This document shows, piece after piece, positions 9,653 through 20,733 of a stretch of DNA of 64,000 nucleotides. Under the pieces are notes generated by a model. That model did not search any database, was not told where the DNA came from, and was given only the letters and a program-made list of their open reading frames with translations. The position numbers and the translations under genes were made by a program. Source of the stretch: Actinomycetales bacterium (GTDB lineage Bacteria > Actinomycetota > Actinomycetes > Nanopelagicales > Nanopelagicaceae); NCBI GenBank assembly GCA_046080845.1, contig JBJTUU010000032.1, positions 906 through 64,905 on the forward strand. The letters are read 5' to 3'. Positions within the stretch are counted from its first letter, which is position 1. Each line of letters starts with the position of its first letter.

Positions 9653-11050
9653 ATGGGCAAGACCTTAGCTGAAAAAGTTTGGGACGATCATGTGGTTCGA
9701 ACTAGTGCTGGCGAACCGGATCTCTTATACATTGATTTGCATCTAATTCATGAGGTAACCAGCCCACAGGCCTTTGACGGACTCCGACTGGCTGGTCGCA
9801 AAGTTCGACGCCCTGATCTAACGCTAGCCACCGAAGATCACAACGTTCCAACTCTTGATATCGATAAACCAATCGCCGATCCAGTGTCTAGATTACAAGT
9901 AGATACCCTTCGAAAAAACTGTGCTGAATTTGGAATTAGAATTCATTCTCTAGGAGATGTGGAACAGGGAATTGTCCACGTCGTAGGGCCACAACTCGGA
10001 ATAACGCAACCAGGAATGACAATTGTCTGCGGGGATTCACATACTTCTACCCACGGAGCGTTTGGTGCACTTGCATTTGGAATCGGAACCAGCGAAGTTG
10101 AGCATGTACTTGCAACCCAAACCTTGCCATTAAACCGTCCAAAAATGATGGCAATTAATGTTGAAGGTTCATTAAAGCCTGGCGTTACTTCAAAAGACAT
10201 TATTCTCGCGGTCATCGCAAAGATTTCAACCGGCGGTGGACAAGGTTATATCTTGGAATATCGAGGTAGCGCGATCCGCCAACTTTCTATGGAGGCGCGA
10301 ATGACAATCTGCAATATGTCGATTGAAGCAGGAGCGCGCGCCGGCTTAATTGCGCCCGATGAAACTACCTTCAACTACATTAAGAATAGACCGCACGCTC
10401 CAAAGGGAGCCGACTGGGAAAGCGCAATCGCATATTGGAAAACCTTGCAGAGCGATCCCGATGCAAAATTTGATAAAGAGATTACCCTTAATGCAGATGA
10501 ACTTTCTCCCTTCGTAACTTGGGGAACGAATCCAGGACAAGGCGTACCTTTAAACGCAGCCGTACCGGTGCCCAGCGAGTTTTCAGATGAGCAGGAACGA
10601 GTAGCAGCGGAAAACGCACTTACCTACATGGATTTAAAGGGTGGCACGCCCATGAAATCCATCAAGATTGATACCGTCTTTCTTGGCTCCTGCACTAATG
10701 GGCGAATTGAAGATCTACGTTCTGCAGCCGAAATTATCAAAGGTAAACGAGTTGCTGGAAATACCCGGATGTTGGTTGTACCTGGTTCGGCTCGCGTTCG
10801 ATTACAAGCAGAGGCTGAAGGTCTAGACCAGATCTTTCTAGCAGCTGGAGCCGAATGGCGCAGCGCCGGTTGCTCAATGTGCCTTGGTATGAATCCCGAT
10901 CAATTGAAGCCAGGAGAGCGTTCGGCATCGACCAGCAATAGAAATTTTGAAGGGCGACAAGGTAAAGGTGGAAGAACCCATCTAGTGAGCCCACTTGTTG
11001 CAGCCGCGACCGCAATCAAAGGGACGCTGGCATCGCCGGCGGATCTTTAG
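9653..11050 (+). CDS. leuC: 3-isopropylmalate dehydratase large subunit
   Basis: Aconitase-family Fe-S ligand motifs ([20 protein letters not shown]). 465 aa, followed by leuD. Confidence 0.95.
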   Translation: MGKTLAEKVWDDHVVRTSAGEPDLLYIDLHLIHEVTSPQAFDGLRLAGRKVRRPDLTLATEDHNVPTLDIDKPIADPVSRLQVDTLRKNCAEFGIRIHSLGDVEQGIVHVVGPQLGITQPGMTIVCGDSHTSTHGAFGALAFGIGTSEVEHVLATQTLPLNRPKMMAINVEGSLKPGVTSKDIILAVIAKISTGGGQGYILEYRGSAIRQLSMEARMTICNMSIEAGARAGLIAPDETTFNYIKNRPHAPKGADWESAIAYWKTLQSDPDAKFDKEITLNADELSPFVTWGTNPGQGVPLNAAVPVPSEFSDEQERVAAENALTYMDLKGGTPMKSIKIDTVFLGSCTNGRIEDLRSAAEIIKGKRVAGNTRMLVVPGSARVRLQAEAEGLDQIFLAAGAEWRSAGCSMCLGMNPDQLKPGERSASTSNRNFEGRQGKGGRTHLVSPLVAAATAIKGTLASPADL

Positions 11051-11081
11051 CGGATAAATAGAGAGTAATTAAGGAGGAGAT

Positions 11082-11681
11082 ATGGAGAAATTCACTTCCC
11101 ACACTGGCACCGGAGTGCCGCTTCGTAGAAGCAATGTTGATACCGATCAAATAATTCCAGCTGTTTATCTAAAGCGCGTCACCCGTTCTGGCTTTGAAAA
11201 TGGCCTATTTGCAGCTTGGCGAACTGATCCAGACTTTGTCCTTAATCAAGCTAAATACCAAGGTGGAACAATTCTGGTTGCGGGCGTGGATTTTGGAACC
11301 GGCTCATCGCGCGAACACGCGGTCTGGGCGTTACAAAATTACGGCTTTAAAGTTGTTATCTCCTCTCGATTTGCCGATATCTTCCGAGGGAATTCATTAA
11401 AGGGCGGCCTACTAACTGTGATTCTGCCGCAATCTGAAGTTGAGGCACTTTGGGAGGTAATTGAATCCGATCCTATGACTTCGATAGAAGTGGATCTGGA
11501 AGCTCGTGAGGTTAGATATGCCGGCAAGAAGGTTGCCTTTGAGCTCGATGATTACACCCGTTGGCGCTTAATGGAAGGTTTGGATGATATTGGCTTAACG
11601 CTTCGCAACATCGCCGAGGTTGAGAAATTCGAAGGAGTACGTCCAACTTATAAGCCAAAAACGCTGCCAATTCTTAGTTAA
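11082..11681 (+). CDS. leuD: 3-isopropylmalate dehydratase small subunit
   Basis: 199 aa with an aconitase swivel domain ([17 protein letters not shown]: [15 protein letters not shown]). SD AAGGAGGAG lies upstream. Confidence 0.95.
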   Translation: MEKFTSHTGTGVPLRRSNVDTDQIIPAVYLKRVTRSGFENGLFAAWRTDPDFVLNQAKYQGGTILVAGVDFGTGSSREHAVWALQNYGFKVVISSRFADIFRGNSLKGGLLTVILPQSEVEALWEVIESDPMTSIEVDLEAREVRYAGKKVAFELDDYTRWRLMEGLDDIGLTLRNIAEVEKFEGVRPTYKPKTLPILS

Positions 11682-11874
11682 TACCCTAAACCTCTAATTG
11701 AGAGTTTTTCGATTTACCTGGCAAAAACCCTAAGAAATAAGGCTTTTTCATAAATATTGATTTTTGTTTTTTCACGACACACCGAAAAAGATGCGCAAAA
11801 TAATGGTTTTCCATGCGTAAATTGTGAGCACAGTTAAGCAAACGCTTAACTTTACGCGTAAATAAGGGGATTAA

Positions 11875-12273
11875 ATGAACAAGACCCAGTTCATTGCTTC
11901 GTTGTCACCACATTTCAACGGAAGCAAGAAAGAGGCCGCCCACGCAGTTGAGATCGTTTTCGACTCAATCGTGCGAAATATTCAACGTGGCGAAGATGTA
12001 ACTATCAACGATTTTGGCAAGTTCAAGAAAGTTGATCGCAAAGCACGAAAAGGTCGCAATCCATTTACTGGTGAATCGATCATGATCAAAGCGAGCAAAA
12101 AGGTCAGATTCCTTCCAGCTAAGGCGCTTAAGGAAGTTATCTCTGGAGATCGTAAACTTGGACCTGCGCCAAAGCCAGCTCCAGTTGTGAAGCCAGCCGC
12201 GAAGAAGGCAGCCAAGAAGGTTGCCAAGAAGGCAGGCAAGGCTAAGAAGGGCAAGAAAAAGGGCAAGCGCTAA
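11875..12273 (+). CDS. hupB: HU DNA-binding protein with short Lys/Ala-rich C-terminal tail
   Basis: HU fold (MNKTQFI..., RKGRNPFTGESI) followed by a tail of about 40 aa rich in PAKKAAKK-type repeats. Same position after leuD as mycobacterial hupB. Confidence 0.9.
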   Translation: MNKTQFIASLSPHFNGSKKEAAHAVEIVFDSIVRNIQRGEDVTINDFGKFKKVDRKARKGRNPFTGESIMIKASKKVRFLPAKALKEVISGDRKLGPAPKPAPVVKPAAKKAAKKVAKKAGKAKKGKKKGKR

Positions 12274-12286
12274 GCAAGTTCTTGAT

Positions 12287-12320
12287 AAAGGCCACGCTCA
12301 TTTAGGCGTGGCCTTTATTT
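12287..12320 (+). terminator. Rho-independent terminator after hupB
   Basis: Perfect 11-bp stem AAAGGCCACGC / GCGTGGCCTTT (12287-12297 / 12306-12316) followed by ATTTAT. Confidence 0.6.
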
Positions 12321-12340
12321 ATGCCCTTTAGGCTTCTGCC

Positions 12341-13114
12341 ATGAGTGGCAGAGGAATTACCTATGCACCACCAAAAGGCAAGCCGCTAGGCAGTAACTGG
12401 GCCTTCAAAGTCGGCGCCGGAGTATTGCGTCCCATTCTTAATCTAGTTGTAAGAAAAGATTGGCGCGGCGGAGAAAAGCTACCTAAATCAGGCGCGGCAA
12501 TCGCCGTCTGTAACCATCTCTCATATTTAGATCCATTGACCTTCACACATTTCCTCTACAACAACGGGCGCGCTCCCAGGTATCTCGGTAAAGAAGGAGT
12601 TTTTAAAGTTCCACTACTTGGTTGGTTTCTTAAAGCTGCAGGTCAAATTCCAGTGAAGCGAGAATCGAAAGATGCCGTCCTTGGCTTTGAGCATGCCATC
12701 GCAGTGTTAAAAGCGGGACACTTATTGGGCGTTTATCCGGAAGGAACGTTAACTCGAGATTCGCAATTGTGGCCGATGCGCGCCAAAACTGGCGTCGCTC
12801 GATTGGCGCTACTTACTGGAGTGCCGGTTTATCCTTGCGCCTCATGGGGACCGCAAGAAGTCATACCGCCTTACGGAAAGAAGATTAAATTATTTCCGCG
12901 AACCAGAGTTTCGGTAATTATGGGCGATCCGGTTGACTTAAGTAAATGGCAGGGAAGTACCGATCCGGCTGCAATCGAAGCTGCCTCTGATGCCATAATG
13001 GATGAGATCACCAAATTATTGGAAGTGCTGCGCGGCGAACCAGCGCCTGCAGTTAGATTTGATCCTAAGAAATCTAATCTGCCGCGTACCGGAAACTTCA
13101 AGAGGCAACGATGA
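12341..13114 (+). CDS. plsC: 1-acyl-sn-glycerol-3-phosphate acyltransferase
   Basis: HX4D motif (NHLSYLDP) and a YPEGT block. 4-nt overlap with gpsA. Confidence 0.8.
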   Translation: MSGRGITYAPPKGKPLGSNWAFKVGAGVLRPILNLVVRKDWRGGEKLPKSGAAIAVCNHLSYLDPLTFTHFLYNNGRAPRYLGKEGVFKVPLLGWFLKAAGQIPVKRESKDAVLGFEHAIAVLKAGHLLGVYPEGTLTRDSQLWPMRAKTGVARLALLTGVPVYPCASWGPQEVIPPYGKKIKLFPRTRVSVIMGDPVDLSKWQGSTDPAAIEAASDAIMDEITKLLEVLRGEPAPAVRFDPKKSNLPRTGNFKRQR

Positions 13115-14115
13115 AAATTGCGATTCTTGGAACCGGCCAGTGGGGAACCGCGCTTGCCCAAGTCCTCACCGATGCGGGTAACGAGGTAATTATTTGGGGA
13201 AGAAACCAAGTCGTAGTTGATGAAATTAATAAACACCACACAAATAACCGATCTCTAGCAGGCGTAGCTTTAGCAGAATCAATTATTGCCACCACAGATA
13301 TTGAATCAGCATTTGCTGAAGTTGGTGCCATAGTGCTTGCGCTTCCAGCACAATCTCTTCGCGCCAATCTCAATACGTGGCGCGAAATTTTCCCAAAGGG
13401 AGTTGTAGTTATCTCCACTCTAAAAGGCGTAGAACTAGGTACGCACCTGCGGATGACTGAGATTGTGCAAGAAATTCTTGAGATTCCCCATGAACAAGTG
13501 GCGATTCTTACTGGGCCGAATCTGGCCCGAGAAGTCATTTTGCGCCAGCCAGTGGGAGCGGTGGCGGCGAGTGAATCTCAAGCGCTTGCTGATGCAACCG
13601 CTGAACTATTTAGCGCTCCGTACTTTCGGGTCTATACCTCAACTGATGTGATTGGTTGTGAATTAGCCGGAGCTGCCAAAAATGTAATTGCACTTGCAGT
13701 TGGAATGTCGATTGGAATGGGTTTTGGTGAAAATACCCAAGCGCTAGTGATAACTCGAGGGCTAAATGAATTAACCCGCTTAGGTATGGCCCGTGGCGCA
13801 AAACCTCTGACTTTCGTTGGCTTAGCTGGGGTTGGCGATCTCTTAGCAACTTGTGGTTCTGCGTTATCAAGAAATAGAACTTTTGGCGAAGCATTGGGAC
13901 GATCTGGCTCGATGGCAAGCGCTGCCGAAAGCGTCTCCTCAACGGTGGAAGGCGTAGCCACCGCAAGTTCGTTGGTGGAGTTAGCTCACTCGGTCGGCGT
14001 GGAAGTGCCAATTATGGAAGCGGTCTCGGAAGTAGTAACAAATAAGATGACTCCTACAGAAGCGATCATCCAACTAATGCAGTTACATACCGGGGCGGAG
14101 ATTGAAGAACAGTGA
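13111..14115 (+). CDS. gpsA: NAD(P)H-dependent glycerol-3-phosphate dehydrogenase
   Basis: N-terminal Rossmann motif (ILGTGQWGTALA) and a GpsA C-terminal domain (AGAAKNVIALA). Confidence 0.9.
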   Translation: MKIAILGTGQWGTALAQVLTDAGNEVIIWGRNQVVVDEINKHHTNNRSLAGVALAESIIATTDIESAFAEVGAIVLALPAQSLRANLNTWREIFPKGVVVISTLKGVELGTHLRMTEIVQEILEIPHEQVAILTGPNLAREVILRQPVGAVAASESQALADATAELFSAPYFRVYTSTDVIGCELAGAAKNVIALAVGMSIGMGFGENTQALVITRGLNELTRLGMARGAKPLTFVGLAGVGDLLATCGSALSRNRTFGEALGRSGSMASAAESVSSTVEGVATASSLVELAHSVGVEVPIMEAVSEVVTNKMTPTEAIIQLMQLHTGAEIEEQ

Positions 14116-15176
14116 AGCGCGTTGCGATTATTTGCGGGGGAATTAGTAGCGAACATGAAATTTCCTGCATCTCTGCCGCTGGTGTAATTGAATCAATAGA
14201 TAAGCAACTCTTCGAACCAATTCTCATTGGAATCAGCAAGGCTGGCGCTTGGATTAAATTATCTGGAGTCTCAGATTTCACGACTGGCGACGCAGGACTG
14301 CCATCGGTTCCGGATAGAACTGGAAATCTCAAGATAAACAACCTCGGTATTTTTGATGACTCCGGAAATTCGCTAGCTATCGATGTAGCTTTCCCTCTCT
14401 TGCATGGCGCTTATGGCGAAGATGGGACAATTCAAGGTCTCTTCGAATTAGTGGGAATCCCATACGTTGGCTCTGGCGTTTTAGCTTCAGCGGTGGCCAT
14501 GGATAAGACTTTCGCGAAACCAATCTATGCAGATTTTGGAATGAATGTTGCTGATGGAATTACCGTTAATAAGAAGGATTGGTTAAGTAATAAAGCTCTA
14601 GAAGAGGCAAAAATCTCTGCGCTAGGACTTCCACTTTTTGTGAAGCCGGCAAGAAGTGGCTCGAGCCGAGGAACCTCTAAGGTAACGAAAGCTTCGGAGA
14701 TTGCGGCGGCGATTGAGGCGGCACATCAACATGATCCACGCGCTTTAGTGGAGAGCGCAATCCTCGGAAGAGAAATTGAGTGTGCAGTTCTTGAAGTGAA
14801 TGGAGTAGCTGAGCCTTCAGTGCTTGGTGAGATAAAAGTTAAACCACCCCATGAGTTCTACGATTTCGCCGCAAAATATCTTGATGGTTCGACTAGCTTT
14901 GAAATTCCCGCCGACCTTCCGGAAAACTTAGCCACCCAAATCAGATCCTTGGCCGTTACCGCATTTTCCGCGCTGGGCTGTGAAGGATTGGCTCGAGTCG
15001 ATTTCTTTCTTACAGATTCCGGAGAAATCATTATCAACGAGTTGAACACCATGCCAGGATTTACCCCGCGCTCGGTTTTTCCGATGCTCTGGCAGGCGAC
15101 TGGGAAAAGTTATCCTGAGGTAATAACTCAATTAATCAAAAGTGCACTGGCTCGATCTCAAAACGTAGTTCGATAG
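14112..15176 (+). CDS. ddl: D-alanine--D-alanine ligase
   Basis: GTG start. Ddl N-terminus (VAIICGGISSEHEIS) and ATP-grasp C-terminus (EINELNTMPGFT). Confidence 0.95.
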   Translation: MKRVAIICGGISSEHEISCISAAGVIESIDKQLFEPILIGISKAGAWIKLSGVSDFTTGDAGLPSVPDRTGNLKINNLGIFDDSGNSLAIDVAFPLLHGAYGEDGTIQGLFELVGIPYVGSGVLASAVAMDKTFAKPIYADFGMNVADGITVNKKDWLSNKALEEAKISALGLPLFVKPARSGSSRGTSKVTKASEIAAAIEAAHQHDPRALVESAILGREIECAVLEVNGVAEPSVLGEIKVKPPHEFYDFAAKYLDGSTSFEIPADLPENLATQIRSLAVTAFSALGCEGLARVDFFLTDSGEIIINELNTMPGFTPRSVFPMLWQATGKSYPEVITQLIKSALARSQNVVR

Positions 15177-15178
15177 CG

Positions 15179-16084
15179 ATGCTCGAATCGGAGCTGCTCG
15201 AGCAGATTCGAGCACTATTTAGTTCAAGCGATAGTTCCCTAGTCGTTGAAAATGGCGATGATGGGGCGGTATATATCCCAAAAGGAAAACAAGTAGTTAC
15301 AACTGACGTTGCTGTAGAAACGGTTCATTTTAGATGTGACTGGAGTTCTTATTTCCAGATTGGGCAGAAAATTACTGCAGCAAATCTCGCCGATATTTAC
15401 GCCATGGGTGGTATCCCAAAGTATCTGCTGGTCGCACTAGTTCTTCCAACTAGACATGTTCATGGAGCGCTGGAATTAGCTAAAGGTATTCTGGATGAAG
15501 CGAAAAAAGTTGGCGCGACCGTAATCGGCGGAGATTTAGCTAGAGGAGAAAATCTCTCAATTTCAATAACTGCGATTGGCGAAGTTGAGAAGCCTTTTTT
15601 AAGATCTGGCGCAAAAGTGGGAGATCGAATCTTGATCTCAAGTTTGCCTGGTGCGGCCGCCGCGGGACTTGAACTATTAAGTACGGGCGGCGAAATTTCT
15701 GGAGATTTAGCAAAATTGGTAGTGAGCGAATACCAAGCTCCAACAATTGAGTATCAAAAATATCAGGGAGCAATTGGCAAATTTAATTCAGCCATTGATA
15801 CTAGCGATGGCTTATTAAGTGAATGTGCTCATATTTCCAAGGCCAGTAAAGTGAGATTTGAACTTAAATCTGAACTAATCCGTAAGAGTCCACTGCAAAA
15901 TCTAAATCCAAATAAATACTTTGATTGGATCCTTTACGGCGGAGAAGATCACAAATTGCTTGGAACTTGCGGGGTTACCCTAGAAGGTTTTATCGAGATT
16001 GGTAACGTCGTACCAGGAAACGGAGTTTTCTTAGATGGGACTGAGATTTTAACTGAAGGTTTTGAGCACCGCTGGCCCGGTTAG
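15179..16084 (+). CDS. thiL: Thiamine-monophosphate kinase
   Basis: AIR-synthase-like fold ([20 protein letters not shown]). Conserved position after ddl. Confidence 0.85.
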   Translation: MLESELLEQIRALFSSSDSSLVVENGDDGAVYIPKGKQVVTTDVAVETVHFRCDWSSYFQIGQKITAANLADIYAMGGIPKYLLVALVLPTRHVHGALELAKGILDEAKKVGATVIGGDLARGENLSISITAIGEVEKPFLRSGAKVGDRILISSLPGAAAAGLELLSTGGEISGDLAKLVVSEYQAPTIEYQKYQGAIGKFNSAIDTSDGLLSECAHISKASKVRFELKSELIRKSPLQNLNPNKYFDWILYGGEDHKLLGTCGVTLEGFIEIGNVVPGNGVFLDGTEILTEGFEHRWPG

Positions 16085-16266
16085 CGAGTTACTTTTCCGG
16101 CTTTCAAGCAAGAGGTACATACATTCTTACGCTTGGTGTATCCATTAATTAAAGTCTTCACGCGTTGGATGTTTGGATTCCAACGGCGACGTGTGCGGCG
16201 TTTTGAGTGGGAGACATTGTTTCCAAAGCTCGGCCCTTTGCCACAGATATCGCAGACTGATGCCAC
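16081..16266 (-). CDS. rpmB: 50S ribosomal protein L28
   Basis: (M)[35 protein letters not shown]... is a canonical L28 sequence. The GTG start at 16266 is preceded by AAGGAG 7 nt upstream. The ORF-track version (to 16392) carries a non-homologous N-terminal extension. Confidence 0.9.
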   Translation of the reverse strand: MASVCDICGKGPSFGNNVSHSKRRTRRRWNPNIQRVKTLINGYTKRKNVCTSCLKAGKVTR

Positions 16267-16390
16267 GGTGAAACTCCTTAACGGCTGGATTGAGAGCGCA
16301 AGATTAGCCGGAGACCACTTGAGAACGCCAATCAATGCGAGAAATCCCGAATTTTCCGGTTTTTTCAAAGGCTCTGTTGGAGAATGAAGC

Positions 16391-18598
16391 ATGGTCGATC
16401 TCGCTTCGAAAGCCAGCGCAGTGGTGGGTGATCGGACCGCAAAGGTCCTTAACGAAGAGTTGGGAATCGCAACGGTCGAAGATATCTTGCGAAATTATCC
16501 GCGTCGATATGTAGCAAGAGGCGAACTCACTGACTTCAACTCGCTAAATGACGGTGATGAAGTAACCATTCTTGCTCGAATCAAGAGTTGCAAAGTAAAA
16601 CGGATTCCAGGAAGAAAAGGTGGCATTCTGGAAGTCGTTGTCTCTGATGGGAAAGAGAGTCTGCTGCTCACCTTCTTCAATCAAGCCTGGCGTGCCAAGG
16701 ATCTGGTTGAAGGTAGAGAAGGTTTATTTGCGGGCAAAGTTGGCAGATATAAAAACCAGAGACAATTGGCCCATCCCGACTATTTACTTATTCCTGAGGG
16801 TGTTGATGCGCAAGCTGCTGCTGGCGAATTTGCTGGAAAATTTCTCCCGGTCTATCCCGCGACTCGAAAACTTCCTTCTTGGAAAGTTGCCCAATGTGTT
16901 TCGTTATCTCTGGCGAGCATCGGAGAGTTAACCGACCCGCTACCGGATGGTTTGCTACGAAAACTTGAGCTACCTAGTCTGGCCGATTCCCTCAAAACTG
17001 TGCACCAGCCAGAGAAACTTGAGCAAGCCGCGACCGCAATTTATCGGCTAACTTTCGATGAAGCTCTCACCATGCAACTTTTCTTGTTACTGCGAAAACG
17101 TGAGATCAGAGGAAAATCGAAGACTCCATCACAGATAAATGAACCGCTGCTGGCTAGATTCGATACAGCTTTGCCATTTACTCTCACATCAGCGCAACAA
17201 CGAGTTTGGCGCGAGATTCAAGCAGATTTGATGAGCGACTCTCCGATGTACCGATTGCTACAAGGCGACGTCGGCTCAGGTAAGACAGTGATAGCGCTAA
17301 GAGCGATGTTGGCTATAACGGGCGGACAATCAGTCTTAATGGCGCCGACTGAAGTTTTAGCGCAGCAACACCTAAAGAGTTTCCGTCGCATGTTAGGCAA
17401 ATTGGCGAATCGTGGCGCCCTTGATGGTGAATTAGAGGGCGTACGAGTTGAACTTCTAACTGGCTCAACTAGTGCTGCGGAGCGGAAAGAAATTTTGAGT
17501 CTTGCAAGAAGTGGCGAAATCGATATTCTGATCGGAACCCATTCACTACTAAATGAGGAAGTTAAATTTAAGAATTTAGAACTCGTGGTCATTGATGAAC
17601 AACATCGATTTGGAGTTGAGCAGCGTGATGTCTTGCGAAATAAATCGGAATATCCGCCGCACATCTTGGTTATGACAGCTACCCCGATTCCAAGAACCGT
17701 TGCCATGACGGTGTTCGGGGATTTGGATGTGTCGATTTTGGATGAACTTCCGTTGGGCCGCACCCCAATCCAGACCCATGTCGTGAATGCCCAACTCGAA
17801 CCAAAACTCTTGGAACGTACTTGGGTTCGAATTAAGGAAGAAGTAGCAAACGGCCACCAGGTATATGTTGTTGCTCCAAAAATATCGCCAACTGATGACT
17901 CAGACTTCAGCAATTTTGGATTAAGCGCTGCTGAACTTAAGAAAATAAAGAGATTGACCGGTGATGCAGAGCTTGAGTTTTCGGTACCGGCGAATTCAGT
18001 AGCAGAGTTATTTCCCAAGCTGAGTGAAGGTTCATTAAAAGGGTTACGGATCGCACCTATACATGGCCGAATGAGCGCTGAGGAAAAAGAGTCAACTATG
18101 GGTGGATTTCAAGAAGGCGAGATAGATGTCTTGATATCTACGACCGTAATCGAAGTTGGCGTTGATGTTCCAAATGCTTCGATGATGGTGATTATGGATG
18201 CCGATCGATTTGGCGTATCTCAACTGCATCAGTTGCGCGGTCGGGTCGGTCGTGGCAATACGCCAGGGTTATGCATTTTGGTCACCAATACCCCGATAGA
18301 TTCGCCAGCATTCTCAAGGCTTAAAGCGATTGCGGCAACAACTGATGGTTTTGAATTAAGTCGACTGGATCTGGAGCAGCGCCGCGAAGGCGATGTCCTT
18401 GGAAGTGCGCAGTCTGGGGCGACATCTCATCTGCGCTTACTTCGAGTAATCCGAGATGAAGCGCTAATTGTGAAGGCGAGAGAAGTCGCCGAGCAATTGA
18501 TTCAAGAGGACGCAGAATTATCAAAGTATCCGATACTTGTCCGTGAAGTTGATAAATTGCGCCAAGAAGATCGAGCGTCTTATCTGGAGAAGAAGTAA
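16391..18598 (+). CDS. recG: ATP-dependent DNA helicase RecG
   Basis: 735 aa with a wedge/OB N-terminus, Walker A GDVGSGKT, a DEQHRFG box and helicase C motifs ([12 protein letters not shown]). Confidence 0.95.
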   Translation: MVDLASKASAVVGDRTAKVLNEELGIATVEDILRNYPRRYVARGELTDFNSLNDGDEVTILARIKSCKVKRIPGRKGGILEVVVSDGKESLLLTFFNQAWRAKDLVEGREGLFAGKVGRYKNQRQLAHPDYLLIPEGVDAQAAAGEFAGKFLPVYPATRKLPSWKVAQCVSLSLASIGELTDPLPDGLLRKLELPSLADSLKTVHQPEKLEQAATAIYRLTFDEALTMQLFLLLRKREIRGKSKTPSQINEPLLARFDTALPFTLTSAQQRVWREIQADLMSDSPMYRLLQGDVGSGKTVIALRAMLAITGGQSVLMAPTEVLAQQHLKSFRRMLGKLANRGALDGELEGVRVELLTGSTSAAERKEILSLARSGEIDILIGTHSLLNEEVKFKNLELVVIDEQHRFGVEQRDVLRNKSEYPPHILVMTATPIPRTVAMTVFGDLDVSILDELPLGRTPIQTHVVNAQLEPKLLERTWVRIKEEVANGHQVYVVAPKISPTDDSDFSNFGLSAAELKKIKRLTGDAELEFSVPANSVAELFPKLSEGSLKGLRIAPIHGRMSAEEKESTMGGFQEGEIDVLISTTVIEVGVDVPNASMMVIMDADRFGVSQLHQLRGRVGRGNTPGLCILVTNTPIDSPAFSRLKAIAATTDGFELSRLDLEQRREGDVLGSAQSGATSHLRLLRVIRDEALIVKAREVAEQLIQEDAELSKYPILVREVDKLRQEDRASYLEKK

Positions 18599-19164
18599 TG
18601 AGAATTATTGCTGGCTTGGCTAAGGGGCGAAAACTTATTTCTCCTTCAGATGGAGTCCGGCCTACATCGGATCGAGCCAGAGAAGCTTTGTTTTCAACAT
18701 TGGAATCTGAATTTGGTTCAATTTCACAACTTAATTTTCTAGATCTTTACTGTGGATCAGGTGCGGTAAGCGCAGAAGCGCTTTCCAGAGGAGCCGCATT
18801 CGTACAAGGCGTGGATAGAGATGAGAAAGCAATTACCGTAGCAAAAAATAACCATGAATTACTAAGTAAGATTCAAGGAGTTGGTAAAAGCAGCATCATT
18901 CAGATTCCAGTCAAGAGATTTCTAGAGCAAACTGCAAATACCAAATTTGATATAGTTTTTCTGGATCCGCCATATGATTCAACTTCGAGTGAATTAACTG
19001 AAGCACTCAATCTCCTTTCAGAAAATGGTTTTTTGAAGAAAGGATCTGTAGTTGCAATTGAGCGAGATTCAAAGAGTAAGCCAATTAATTGGCCGGAAGA
19101 ACTAAAACCGCTTAAGGAGCGCAAATATGGCGCAGCCACAATCTTCTATGCAGAGGCGTGTTAG
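18598..19164 (+). CDS. rsmD: 16S rRNA (guanine966-N2)-methyltransferase RsmD
   Basis: SAM-binding motif (LDLYCGSGA) and DPPY motif. Conserved recG-rsmD-coaD order. Confidence 0.85.
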   Translation: MRIIAGLAKGRKLISPSDGVRPTSDRAREALFSTLESEFGSISQLNFLDLYCGSGAVSAEALSRGAAFVQGVDRDEKAITVAKNNHELLSKIQGVGKSSIIQIPVKRFLEQTANTKFDIVFLDPPYDSTSSELTEALNLLSENGFLKKGSVVAIERDSKSKPINWPEELKPLKERKYGAATIFYAEAC

Positions 19165-19173
19165 CGTTGGCCC

Positions 19174-19665
19174 ATGAGAAAAGCGGTCTGCCCCGGATCA
19201 TTTGATCCAATAACTAATGGCCATATTGATGTCATCGAGAGGGCCAGCGGTCTATTTGATGAAGTTGTCATTGCAGTCCTCGCAAATTCCTCTAAATCCG
19301 GACTCTTTTCAATTGAAGAGAGAATTACGTTAGCCAAAGATGCGGTCTCACATATCTCAAATGTCAAAGTAGATACCTGGAGTGGACTTTTGGTCGATTA
19401 CTGCAAAGCTAACAAAATAGGTGCCATTGTTAAAGGCTTAAGAGCGGTAAGTGATTTTGACTACGAACTTCAGATGGCGCAGATGAATCTGCAACTCAAA
19501 GGCGTTGATACTTTGTTGATGGCAACTAAACCTGCGTACTCTTTTCTTTCCTCCTCGCTGGTTCGAGAAATTGCTCGATATGGCGGGGATGTATCGGCGC
19601 TTGTTCCGGCTGGCGTGTTGCGCGAATTGCAAGCTCGCTCTAACCAAGGTATGAAAGGCAACTAA
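19174..19665 (+). CDS. coaD: Phosphopantetheine adenylyltransferase
   Basis: CPGSFDPITNGH nucleotidyltransferase motif. 163 aa. Confidence 0.95.
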   Translation: MRKAVCPGSFDPITNGHIDVIERASGLFDEVVIAVLANSSKSGLFSIEERITLAKDAVSHISNVKVDTWSGLLVDYCKANKIGAIVKGLRAVSDFDYELQMAQMNLQLKGVDTLLMATKPAYSFLSSSLVREIARYGGDVSALVPAGVLRELQARSNQGMKGN

Positions 19666-20144
19666 TGGAAGCGCTCGAAAAGTTAGAAGCGGCAATCACG
19701 ATGGTGAAAGAATCGCGAGCCGTTCCGTTATCTGCATCCTGTGTTGTCCATCGAGGAGAATTGCTCGGTGTACTCGATGAGGTATCGAAAGCCCTACCAA
19801 ATGATTTTGCGAGTGCCAAGAAATTACTCTCCCATCGCGAACAGATAATTGAAGAGGGACGACAAAGCGCAGAACAATTGATTGCACATGCCAGAGAAGA
19901 AGTGGCTCGCATGGTGGAGCAGACCTCGATTGTTGCCGCCGCTAGAGATGAAGCGGCTCGGCTAGTTGACCAGGCCCATATCAAGTTAGAACGCGAACGT
20001 GAAGAAGTGGATGCATATATTGATTCTCGCCTTGCAACTCTTGAGGTAATTCTCAATAAGACACTCGATGCGGTCAATCGTGGACGAGAGCGGTTAGCCG
20101 GAGCTAGCGATAAAGATGTGCTTTCTCAACTATCTGAAGATTAA
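19665..20144 (+). CDS. Conserved coiled-coil protein of unknown function (between coaD and yceD)
   Basis: 159 aa, E/A/R-rich heptad-like sequence. The start overlaps the coaD stop (TAATG) and the stop abuts the yceD start, so it is translated within the operon. No enzymatic motif recognised. Confidence 0.6.
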   Translation: MEALEKLEAAITMVKESRAVPLSASCVVHRGELLGVLDEVSKALPNDFASAKKLLSHREQIIEEGRQSAEQLIAHAREEVARMVEQTSIVAAARDEAARLVDQAHIKLEREREEVDAYIDSRLATLEVILNKTLDAVNRGRERLAGASDKDVLSQLSED

Positions 20145-20675
20145 ATGTCGCTCTCGCCATTCAAATTAAATCTCCACGAACTTCCGAGGCGAGCTGGAGA
20201 TTTCAAAGATTATCGATTGGATTTCTCCGCTCCGGAAAATATTGGAAATCCGATGATTTCCATACCAGCCGGTGCGGGCATCCAAATCGAGCTCCGCGCT
20301 GAATCGGTATCGGACGGCATTTTGCTCTCTGGGACTGTTTCCAGTCGTGCTCAAGGGGAATGCGGTCGATGTTTGGATCGGATTGATCAAGCTGTAGATC
20401 AGAAATTTCAAGAGTTATTTTTTTATGAGAATAGAGCCGATGCAGATGAAGAGTTCACTATGGAAGGCGATGTTGCGGATTTAGAGATTCCGGTACGCGA
20501 TGCCGTAATTCTTGCGCTCCCAATAAACCCACTCTGTTCGAGCGAATGTAGAGGTCTGTGCAGTGGTTGTGGCGAGAAATGGGAGAGCTTGCCAGTCGAA
20601 CATAAACATGAAGCGGTAGATCCGCGTTGGAAGGGGCTATCAGATTGGAAGCCAGACGCTCAATTTGGCAGGTAG
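20145..20675 (+). CDS. yceD: YceD/DUF177 family protein
   Basis: 176 aa with paired CxxC motifs (CGRC ... CSGC). Canonical position directly upstream of rpmF. Confidence 0.8.
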   Translation: MSLSPFKLNLHELPRRAGDFKDYRLDFSAPENIGNPMISIPAGAGIQIELRAESVSDGILLSGTVSSRAQGECGRCLDRIDQAVDQKFQELFFYENRADADEEFTMEGDVADLEIPVRDAVILALPINPLCSSECRGLCSGCGEKWESLPVEHKHEAVDPRWKGLSDWKPDAQFGR

Positions 20676-20733
20676 CCGCCGCTTAGGTGATAATTCTGCC
20701 TTGCAAAATAATAAGTAGACGAAGGAGTCGACT

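Noticed and set aside
11791-11820. 9-codon uORF (MRKIMVFHA) in the hupB leader
   Set aside because: There is no SD, and it is too short to assess. It is probably a chance ORF in AT-rich sequence.
13098-14011. Several ORFs (146, 133 and 109 aa) antisense to gpsA
   Set aside because: They overlap a strongly supported gpsA CDS. Their translations lack motifs and have skewed Arg/Ser/Pro composition.
17218-18018. 266-aa ORF antisense to recG
   Set aside because: It lies entirely inside the well-supported recG CDS. The translation is Ser-rich and low-complexity, as is typical of the antisense frame, with no SD or recognisable motif.
19640-20077. 145-aa ORF antisense to the coiled-coil gene
   Set aside because: The Ser/Ala-rich mirror frame of an E/A/R-rich coiled-coil gene commonly stays open by chance. 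The sense gene is operon-coupled at both ends.
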